Positions 9,661 to 19,325 of a stretch of 36,980 nucleotides of DNA are shown here, in pieces (positions within the stretch are counted from its first letter, which is position 1; each line of letters starts with the position of its first letter). The stretch comes from a bacterium (GTDB taxonomy: Bacteria; Patescibacteriota; Gracilibacteria; BD1-5; JAGOOR01): the NCBI GenBank assembly GCA_031973055.1, contig DALYDS010000002.1, positions 1 through 36,980 of the forward strand. The letters are read 5' to 3'. The position numbers were made by a program, and so were the translations under genes. Below the pieces are notes generated by a model. That model did not search any database. It saw nothing but the letters and a program-made list of their open reading frames with translations, and was not told where the DNA came from.

Positions 9661-12000
9661 ATGCCTACCTTCAAAAATAAAACTCCGCTCCCAACCAATA
9701 CTCCACCAGTAAAAAAGGTAGGATTCTTTGGGCGGATTTTGAATTTTGCAGCTAATGACGAAAACTACGTACCAGACATACGAGAAAAAACAGTAAAAGT
9801 GGCTGTAAAACCAGTGAGTTTATGGAAGAGAATCAAGGCTCTCCTGATTGTCCTCGTGACATTCTATCTCCTCTTGTGTGTTTACATCCTCCTCAATCCT
9901 CAATTCGCACAATTCTTTATACGGGTATTCAAAATCGATATCTTGGTTCTCCGAACTATTCTTGAATATACCATATATACTGTTTATAGCATTTTTGCCA
10001 TTGTCTTGGCCATTGGTCTGATATTTTTCTGGTACCGAGCGATGACCATCAAGACACACAAGAGAGGGAAACATCTCAGTATTACTCTTTTGGCGGGACT
10101 TTTTGGAATTCTTTTCTTCGGAAATATAGCACTTTTCGCCTGGACTTATAACTGGTTCTTACAAAATTTTCTCAATGACGATAGTAATATCGTTGTCTAT
10201 GATAATACATACCTCAAATATCTCGGTAAAAACCAAGATATCAGTAAGGCCATCATCAGTTCCAAGAAAAATATTGGTCCCATTCATGTTCGTTATGATC
10301 TAAACAGATACATAAGTAGGGAATCAATAAAAACAGGTCTTCGCTTAGACAGTCCTTACACATTTGAAATTGATTATGATGGTGACGCACGACCAGATCG
10401 ATGATCAGGAGATAGTAATGGCGTTGAAAATAGTATAGCCAGCGGTAAAGCCCCTATTATCACTCCCGATTTACCGTATAATAAGGTAGGCACCTATAAA
10501 CCAAAAGCCATAATAAAAGGCGTAAACACGATTGGTGCACCAATTACTGTCGAAATTGATATGCCCGAGATTAGTCTCGAAGGAATAGTCACTATCGATC
10601 GAACCAATCTCGATAATGGTGGGATCCAGTATTCTTTCAAAGCTGATCAGAATCTCACTTCTCGAGGACAACTTGAGTGGAGTATTCTCGGACGAGAAGG
10701 CTCAAATATTATTGACACACAATACTCGCCTGCGAGCATATTTACGACACCTACGATTATTTGTCTCAAAATATTTAATGGTATAGAACCAGATCCTGCA
10801 GCTCCTTGTGATTGGAGGTTTGTCACAGAAGAAAGTACAAAGAGCAATATTCAGAATCCCGATATAAAAACCAAGATAGACCCTATCAACCCCCTCAAAT
10901 ACCAGTTCATGGTCGAACCAACGACGCTCCAATGAGAAGTGAGATACGTACGATGGTATATCGATAGTGAACTCTATGTGGGTAAATTTGATTCCGGAAC
11001 AGAAAAAATATTTGATTACAAATTTCACGATCCCGGCACTTATAGAATAGAAGCAGAAATAGAAGATAGTTTTGGAAATATCGTCCGTATCGGTCGTGAT
11101 CCTGTTTTCACCGCCGAGCTCGTGGATCTCAAAGAAGGATATAAACTCCAAATCGCTGATGAAAACAACGTCGATGTTTCAAAAAACACCTACGATAAAA
11201 AAACAATGTCCTATCTTCTCCCTGATTTTCCAGTACCTTGAACGCTCTCATTTGATGCGACAGGAATTAGAGCAGATTCTCCTCGTCTGAGCCTCAAAAA
11301 AGTTGAATGGGATGGAGATGGGGATGGAGTATTTGAGACAGAATGACTCACATTCGAAAAAGATCTCCCAACACCAGGACGATATGATATACGGGCAAAA
11401 TATACCTTTACTGATATTTCTGTTGATGGAAAAGATATACCAATTATCCATATAGACAAAATCGCTGTTGTCGGAATTCAAAAATCACTCGATGTTCGCG
11501 TGAAAATAATTCCTGAAAGCTCATATGCACCAACATCTGTTCGATTTGATGCCTCTGATTCCAAGACACTCAAAGGAGATATCCGTAAATTTATCTATGA
11601 TTTTGGCGACGGTAACAAACACGAAGGGGAGGGTATCGTCACCACCTACAAATACAAAAATCCCGGTGAGTACAAAATCACTGTCACAGCCGTCACAAAT
11701 AAAGGAGAAAAAGCATCACGAACCTACACGCTTATTCTCAAAAAACCACAAGAAACAGTCGATATACAACCGAGTATAGCTTCTGGTCTCGGGGAAGCAG
11801 AATTACCAATCACTTTCTCAGCAAAAATCCAAGGGATTGAAAATATAATTACCTGGAACTTTGGGGACGGAACAGATATTGCACATGGTCGGGATGTCGT
11901 GCACGTATTCAGAACTGGAGGCACCTATACTATCAACGTCAAAGTTGAGTACGCTTCTGGTATAGAAGAATCCGATACTATCACATACATCGTAAAATAA
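9661..12000 (+). CDS. Membrane-anchored PKD-domain protein (779 aa)
   Basis: Track ORFs 9661..10404, 10561..10935, 10939..11241 and 11500..12000 are all in frame 1. They are joined only by TGA (10402, 10933, 11239, 11344), and the stop is TAA at 11998-12000. Three N-terminal TM helices are followed by PKD-like units (VEWDGDGDGVFE...GRYDIRAKY; FIYDFGDGNKHEG...GEYKITVTAV; ITWNFGDGTDIAHG...GTYTINVKV). The gene starts 9 nt after the giant gene. Confidence 0.75.
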
Positions 12001-12004
12001 GCCT

Positions 12005-13099
12005 ATGAATTTCACCGATATATTTCACTTTTTACAAACGTATCAAGTACCATTAGGTATTATCAGCACAGGTGCTCTGATCTATTGTACGATTATCAAA
12101 TTCCTCGGAAAAATACCTCTCGTCCAAGTATTAACGATGTTTTTTACCGGTATTATTGTGATAACCTGTATTTTTCTGCCGTTCAATTGGTCTATTCAAA
12201 ATTCTGGAACGGGGAGAGAGGTCTCGCTCTTTTTCTTTGAAATCAATGTCGAAGGAAATAACTTTATCGCCATCCTCAAAAATCTCCTCTCAAAAAATGA
12301 ATACATCCCTATTATTGAATGATATTTTTCTCGATATAACGAAGGTGGTGCGAGTCTCCCGACAGATATCATTACCGTTTTTCTCGCATTTCTGGAGGAA
12401 TTTTCAAAGCTTGGACTCCTCATTCTCGCAATTCGTAAATCGCTTCGACTGCCTATCATGATCATATATCTCTTTCTTGTCTACGGACTCATACACAAAA
12501 TGGGAGGCATTGCATCTCTCTCGAGTAGCACTCTCGGAGGGCTCACTGTAGCAGGAATAATAGTCGGCGCAATCTTATGGTACATGCTCAGTGCTCCGTT
12601 GCGTACAGTGAGCGTTGCTGATTATATCTACAGCATTGCTCTCGTGGCCGCTGGTTTTGCCTTTGCAGAAAATATCAAATATATGATAGAAATAAGTGCC
12701 GCCTCTCATGGTGATATTCAGGCTATCAAAGAAAATGCTATTCTCCGTTCAGTTTTTGGATACCTCTCACATATATTTTTTAGTATGGTCTGTGTATCTC
12801 TCTACGCACGTGGCAGATTCGCATTTCTCCGTTATATTGATCAATCAGGGAATCTCTCATTTACTCAGAAAGCTCTCTGATGGAAAGGTTTTACTCAACT
12901 CAAAACCATTCAAGGCTTTTGGGCTGGTGTTATCTGCGCTTCTCTTATTCACGGTGTCTACAATATAATGATTGGTACAGGCAACATTATGATACCATCT
13001 GTCATTCTCATTATCGGTTTTCTCTTCCTCGAGCTCTTTGTGCTCCATGATTTGCGCAATAATACGAAATACGGGAATCTAGAAATATACATGAAATAA
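12005..13099 (+). CDS. PrsW-family intramembrane metalloprotease
   Basis: Track ORFs 12005..12322 and 12458..12880 plus a tail to TAA at 13097-13099 share one frame, with TGA at 12320 and 12878. The protein is polytopic and carries the PrsW motifs EEFSKLG (EExxK), GFAFAENIKY (FxxxEN), SHIFFS and IHGVYN (HGxY-D/N). It starts 4 nt after the upstream stop. Confidence 0.65.
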
Positions 13100-13105
13100 A
13101 ATCTC

Positions 13106-13133
13106 TTGATTTATAAATTAGCACCTATATAAT
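13106..13133 (+). promoter_or_regulatory. Putative sigma-70-type promoter of clpB
   Basis: TTGATT (13106-13111), a 16-nt spacer, then TATAAT (13128-13133). This lies 36 nt upstream of the clpB ATG. The -10 box sits inside the spacer of the CIRCE-like inverted repeat. Confidence 0.45.
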
Positions 13134-13144
13134 GTAGGTGCTAA
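13118..13144 (+). promoter_or_regulatory. CIRCE-like inverted repeat (candidate HrcA operator); it could also act as a terminator for the upstream gene
   Basis: TTAGCACCT-N9-AGGTGCTAA is a perfect 9-N9-9 inverted repeat. The CIRCE consensus is TTAGCACTC-N9-GAGTGCTAA, so 7 of 9 positions match in each arm. TTTT follows at 13145-13148, which also makes it a plausible rho-independent terminator for 12005..13099. Confidence 0.55.
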
Positions 13145-13168
13145 TTTTATATTTTATCACCTTAGAAT

Positions 13169-15787
13169 ATGAATCAAAACTACACCATGGCAGCCCAAGA
13201 AAGGCTACACGAATCAGTCCAGCTCGCTCAGAGCTCTGGACATACAACGATAGAACCTCTTCACTTGCTTCGAAGCATCTTGCATGCTTCTGAGAGTATT
13301 AATCAATCACTCATCGAGCGCGCTGGGGGGAATATTCAAGCGCTCAAATCCGATGTCGACAATGCCCTGTCGAAGTTGGCGAAGGTCAGTGAAAATACAT
13401 CAGAACCATGAGCTTCTCAGGAGTTAGCGAAGGTTCTCCAAAGTTCTGAGAAAGCCATGAAAACAATGGGGGATAGTTACACTACCGAGGAACATCTGAT
13501 GATAGGACTCCTCGAATCAGCGAAATCACTTGAGGTACTATTCAAGACAGCAGGAATCACACTGAAGAACTATGAAGAAGCTGTCAAAAAACTCCGCAAT
13601 GGTAAGAAGGTCACTTCAAATACTGCCGAAAATCTCTACGAGTCTCTCAAGAAATACACCATAGATCTCATCGACCAAGCAAAGAAAGGGAAGATAGATC
13701 CCGTTATCGGACGTGATGATGAAATCCGTCGAGCCATCCAAATCCTGGCTCGTCGAAGCAAAAATAATCCTGTCCTGATTGGCGATCCAGGTGTCGGTAA
13801 AACTGCTATTGTCGAAGGTATAGCCATAAGAATAATCAGTGGCGAAGTCCCCGATGCACTCTTGTCGAAGAAAATTCTCACGCTCGATCTCGGAGCTATG
13901 ATTGCTGGAGCGAAGTATCGTGGCGAATTCGAGGAACGATTGAAGTCTGTCATCGATGAAGTTGAAAAATCTGATGGCGAAATCATCCTCTTTATCGACG
14001 AAATCCATACCATTGTTGGTGCTGGCGCGAGTGAAGGATCGACAGATGCTGGCAATCTCCTGAAGCCCGCTCTTGCCCGTGGCCGCATCAAGGTCATCGG
14101 CGCAACGACGATTAATGAATACAGAAAATACATCGAAAAAGATGCTGCGCTCGAACGACGTTTTCAAACCGTCATGGTCGACGAACCAAATCGAGAAGAT
14201 GCGCTGACGATTCTCCGTGGCATCAAGGACAAGTACGAAACCTTTCATGCCATAAAGATTACTGACTCTGCGCTCGTCGCCGCAGTCGATATGTCGACAC
14301 GGTATTTACCGGATCGTAAACTCCCGGATAAGGCCATTGACCTCATCGACGAAGCTGCCTCAGCTCTGAAAATTGGCTCCACCAGTAAACCGGCTGAGAT
14401 AGACACGATAGACAAAAAAATTCACTCCCTCCAAATCGAGCGAGAAGCTCTTCTGCGTGAGCAAAAAGACAGACCAGAAGAGGGAAACAAGACACGCATT
14501 GTCGACATAGAAAAAGAACTCGCGAACCTCCAAGAAGAGCAGAAAAAACTCCATGCGGCCTACGAAGATGAGAAGAAAATGATGCAGGATCTGAAGAAAA
14601 TCCGTGAGGATCGAGAGAAGCTCATGCTCCAAGCAGAACAACTCGAACGAGATGCTGACTATGCAGCTGTCGCTGAAATCAGATACAAGAAACTCCCTTC
14701 CCTCGACACAGAACAAAAAAAGCTCGAATCTATCGCTGAGGCACGTCGACAAGATGGCCGGAGTTTCTTCCGAGACACAGTCGACATCGAAGATATTGCT
14801 GGGGTTATTTCTCGCTGGTCAGGAGTACCGGTCGGCAAACTTATCCAAACCGAGAATGACAAATATCTCAATCTCTTCGAACACTTAGAGGAATCTGTGA
14901 AGTGACAAAACCACGCTCTTAAGTCTGTGGCAGAAGCCGTCCAGCGTTCAAAGGCAGGACTCTCAGACAAGAATCGTCCAATTGGAAGCTTTCTCTTCCT
15001 CGGACCGACAGGTGTCGGTAAAACTGAAACAGCAAAAGCCCTCGCCAGTGCTCTCTTCGATCATAGTGGTGCCTTTATCAGAATCGACATGAGTGAGTAT
15101 GGTGAATCACATTCTGTCGCTCGTCTCATCGGCTCTCCTCCAGGATATATCGGACATGACGAAGGTGGACAACTCACGGAAGCCGTCCGTAGAAAACCCT
15201 TTTCAGTATTGCTCTTCGACGAGGTAGAAAAAGCTCATCCTGATGTCTACAATGTCTTTCTCCAGATTCTCGACGACGGTCGACTCACGGATGGAAAAGG
15301 TCGAACGGTCGACTTCCGAAATACCATTATCATCATGACCAGCAATATCGGTTCTGAGAAGATTATGGATTTCTTTAGTGCGGAAAAAGGTGGACACAAT
15401 GTTGATGATATTCAGATGAAGGCATTGAATGATATGATGATAGAACAACTCCGAAACTACCTCCGTCCTGAACTCATCAATCGTATCGACGACATCATCG
15501 TCTATCGACCTCTTGGCGACGAAGTCCTCCGCTCTATCATCGACCTCGAATTGGCGAAGGTGTCTACTATGCTCGCTGAAAAAGATATCACCGTCACTTG
15601 GGACAAATCCGTCCATGACTACCTCATGAAACATGGCATCGATCCTCAGTTCGGCGCTCGACCTCTCCGCCGTGCAATCACAAAATACATTGTGAATGCT
15701 CTGTCGACAAAACTCCTCGATGGAAGTCTCGAGGAAGGAAGTACAGTCAAGGTGAAGTTTGAAGGAGAGAAAATTAATATTCAATAG
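13169..15787 (+). CDS. clpB: ATP-dependent chaperone ClpB (872 aa)
   Basis: Track ORFs 13169..13411, 13457..14905 and 14927..15787 share one frame, joined by TGA at 13409 and 14903. Both AAA+ modules are present ([27 protein letters not shown]; [24 protein letters not shown]), along with the coiled-coil M-domain. The TGA at 14903 is the conserved Gly of the V-x-G-Q motif. Confidence 0.95.
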
Positions 15788-15803
15788 TTTTTCAATTGAA
15801 GGA

Positions 15804-18479
15804 CTATTTATTTTTCTCTTTTTTTCGACGAATTACGAGACCACCAGAAGAATCCCGGAGACCAAGTACAGATCCAGGAAGAGATTGAGCAGTAAATCAT
15901 CTTTTCGCGGCAACAACTTGGACAGCTTCGGTAGCAAGTGGCTGACATGGCGTAATATGGTATGTATGTGGTGCACAGCTGGCTTTGTGGGATTGTTTCG
16001 TATGAGTGCCGAGGGTGCGTTGAAGTTGGGTAAAAAATCATCGACCATTCGGAGCGAACATATCAGCCAAGGCCATCAAATAGGTTGTAGCCTGATGAGA
16101 ATCTGTCATAGGTATTTGTGAGTCTGGATGATGAGCCCCTACTCGTTGTATTATATCATCAGCTCTTTTGTCATAATGATAACTATGACTCTTTTTCATG
16201 GCTTGAATTATTTTTTCAAAAAGAATAAGACCTGCTGCCTGTGGAATATGGTGTATTTTTTCGATATAATTCAAAAAACTTTCTACTTCATTCACATCAG
16301 GCCCCGGACGAGATTCAGAGAAAAATGATATAATTTTATCTACCGGGATATTTATTGAAAGAGGTTTTTTAGATCCATCTGAAGTATATTCAATCGTTGA
16401 AGAGCAGATTTTCTCCAGGTCGGCACGAAGTATACCAGTGGCATATTTCATATCATACATCCTATGATGACGCTCGACATACTGACGATTTTGGAGAGCA
16501 TCGAGGACATTGATAGACCGAGCAAAGATCACTTTGCCTTTGTATTTATCGTGAATTGCTCGGATATCGTTGTCATTCATAAGGTCGGCCGCAATATACT
16601 CAAATCATATACCGAGCTGCTCATGTGTTGCACCAAGAACCGCCCGACAACTTTCGACACCTTCGACAGCGATATCGACACAGATGTATTTAGTTCTCTG
16701 GAGACGTGCCCTCAAGGTTGACGCTTGTTTATGTTTTATAAGAAGATTCTCCACAACGGCCAATGTTTCTGGTATACCATTCGCATGCCAGGTACCAGTT
16801 TCTAGGATGACATACTCAGGCTGGTCTCCTGCTTCTTCGAGAGCCTCGATGATATGTTCAGCTGATGCCTGAATTATTTCAGGACTTTTCGCAGATTCTG
16901 TACCGGCATCACCGGATTCTCCGCGTGCTGCTTGGAGGGCTCAGAACCAATCCCAACTATCTTTTTGTAGACGTTCCAATAGTGGTCATTCTTTCGGTAT
17001 TTTTGTTTCAAACAAGGCAACTCCAGGAAGAGGTTTTTTTTCTAAATGGGCTCTCAGGTATACTTCCAGTTGATCGAGAAATGGAGCAATATCGCTGTAA
17101 TTATATCTGACATCGATACGAATCTCATGAACCCCTCCTTCATCACTCGTAATAATTTCAACTGGCAAAATATGAGCATGGTTATTGGCTGACATACGAG
17201 AAAAATACACCTCACAATTCTTCCAAAATGGATGATCGATATATTCTCTTTTCAATTGTTTCATTTTTTCTAACACGGGGGTCAAAAGTGGGAGGAGTTC
17301 AGTAGAATACTGTGCCTCACTTTTTGGCTTTTTCTCACTCGAATAGAGTCCAGGTGGAACTATGACATTCATACCTTCAGCATGATAGAGTTGTTCAGCG
17401 CGATGAACATCCTGAGCATTTTTATGGGCGATATGATCAAAACCATTTTGATGTCGTCCCATACCGACTACATCTCACAAAAGCGAAAAACTCTCTCCTT
17501 TGGAACCCATAAAATGTATACCAGAAGCTCCGGCGAGTGACAACGCCCATTCCAAACAATTTCTAGTCAATTGATTGGCAAAGACTTTTACATAACCATC
17601 CTTGTTAGCTTTTTCAAATTTCTCAAGGAGAAATGCCGCTTCTGGATGCTTCTCGGGAATTATATTCATAAGGATAAACCAGAATTTGAGCGCTGCTAAA
17701 CTCGTCACATGAGGGAGTCCGACCAGAATAGGAATTTCTTTGCCTTCGGGAGCCGAGCGAAGCTGCATAAGAGCCTGATAAAATGTGTCGGGCATAAATG
17801 ACGCTGGCTGTGAAATCATAGCTCACATACCATGATGCATCTTACCGGCAACACAGTCAGGAGTGTCTGTATGAAAATTCCAGGCACCAAGGATAGACCT
17901 TCCGGGAAAGGCGCCTCTTGCATCGTCCATAAGTTCTCGAACATCGACTTGGTGACAGTCATCCATCAAAAAATCTTCAAGGAGAGGAATATGAATTTGA
18001 TATATTTCGAGAATTTTCTGCAATTTTCGAAGAGGATGTCCACCACTCACCACGAATAAACCAGCAGGATTATTAAGTTGTCACAGGTGTCCTCTCAGGG
18101 TTTCACGATCATACATCTGCGCTGGTATGGTACGGATATGTCTGGATTCGACATCTTCTGCCAATGATGCTACTGCATGACTCGGCTGTCGGTGTGTTAT
18201 CTCAGCGAGGAGTGATATGGTGAGATCTCTATGCTTCTGTGGCATTCCCTTGAATATAACTGACTTCTGAAGAATCGACCGAAGATTGCGAGCCAAAAAT
18301 ACGATTGGCGCCGGAAAATGAGGAAGTGCTGTCGTAATAATAGTATCTGCCGTTTTGGAACGAATCAGTCCTGAAATAGAGTCTACATCCGCAGCATATC
18401 GACTTCAATCCGCAAGACTATCTGGAGGTAAGAGCTCGACGCTGACATGTCCATTGGGTTGTAACAGCTGCTCTCCCAT
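15804..18479 (-). CDS. Large orphan multidomain protein (891 aa): N-terminal MTHFR-like barrel (weak), central VOC/glyoxalase-like segment (weak), unknown C-terminal half
   Basis: Track ORFs 18081..18296, 17823..18053, 17475..17819, 16986..17462 and 16038..16580 are all in the same minus frame. They are joined only by TGA (plus-strand tca at 18405, 18081, 17823, 17475, 16986, 16941, 16605, 16038, 15897). The start is ATG at 18477-18479, preceded by an in-frame TAA. The first TAA/TAG downstream is TAG at 15804-15806. The N-terminus resembles MetF (VSVELLPP; LFVVSGGH; MISQPASFMPDTF...IPILVGLPHVTS; ASGIHFMG). GFDHIAHKNAQDV looks VOC-like. The last 78 codons (below 16038) are uncertain. Confidence 0.55.
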
Positions 18480-18604
18480 ACTTTACTATTAAAATAAATA
18501 TTTATAAAGAATTATGAGAGTATAGATAAGAAATATCTTTGTCTAGAGAATTATCAAACATTATTGAGGGAAGTCTCGCTTCCATAAAAACACTTAAGTA
18601 ATTT

Positions 18605-18642
18605 TTGACAAACACAATTTTATACTACAATCACAATTGTAG
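18605..18642 (+). promoter_or_regulatory. Possible promoter with an overlapping 7-bp inverted repeat in a divergent intergenic region
   Basis: TTGACA (18605-18610), a 15-nt spacer, then TACAAT (18626-18631). CTACAAT-caca-ATTGTAG (18625-18642) overlaps the -10 box. A second TATAAT lies at 18651-18656, just before the ATG at 18660. Confidence 0.3.
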
Positions 18643-18659
18643 CCTTTTAATATAATATT

Positions 18660-19220
18660 ATGCACGATCCAGCAATACATCCGTCAACACCAGAATCAGT
18701 AAAAATAGATTTCGAAGAGGCTCTTAAAAAAAGGACAGAACTGAAAAGAATATTCAGAAAACTAAATATTGTTATCCAAAAAGTAAGTGATACATACATT
18801 CTCGAAATACAATTCAGTACAATAGAAGAGCGAAATAAAATCACTAATCATCCAAAATACGAAGAATTTGCACCATTCGTAACATTAGAGCCTGTGGGTG
18901 TCAAAAAAATTACAGATGATACTGCCGAACAAACTGGGAGAGTAATTGATTTTTTTCGATGAGATAAGGCAAATTTTATAGAAGGAACAGCTATAGTACA
19001 ATTAGCAGAATTTGATGATGCATTGCCACCGTGGTTGAAGGGCAAAATCCTCCATGTTAATCATGCAAACCGAGAGGCTGATTTATTTCGAGGACAGAGA
19101 TTTGCTCTGCAATTAGTAGTAGATAAAAAACAAGCGGCGATGCGTATTTTAAAAGATGCAAAATTACAATCCTTTCTTCCGTTCTTGCACCTCAAAGTGG
19201 AAACAAAAAATGCAGCATAG
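18660..19220 (+). CDS. Hypothetical protein (186 aa)
   Basis: Track ORFs 18660..18962 and 19023..19220 share one frame, joined by TGA at 18960 with no TAA/TAG between. The stop is TAG at 19218-19220. I recognised no motif. Confidence 0.6.
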
Positions 19221-19325
19221 TCGACATGTTCGACAAAATAGTAGACAAAACCTCTGTCAAACCATCAGAATACAGTTGTAAATAGGGATTTGTTGCAAAA
19301 AGACGGCTGAGTCTATCATATACAG

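Noticed and set aside
13616-14248. Long minus-strand track ORFs lie inside clpB (13616..14248, 13636..14133, 14360..14752, 15203..15784).
   Set aside because: They lie antisense to a clearly identified ClpB frame and show no motifs. They are shadow ORFs.
15759-16121. A plus-strand 120-aa ORF overlaps the clpB stop and runs through the GC-rich stretch. I also considered a tmRNA, SRP RNA or RNase P RNA here.
   Set aside because: The ORF has no start context and overlaps clpB. I found no tRNA-like end (GGTTCGA...CCA), SRP GGAA-tetraloop helix or RNase P GAGGAAAGTCC motif. I kept only an open question in the findings.
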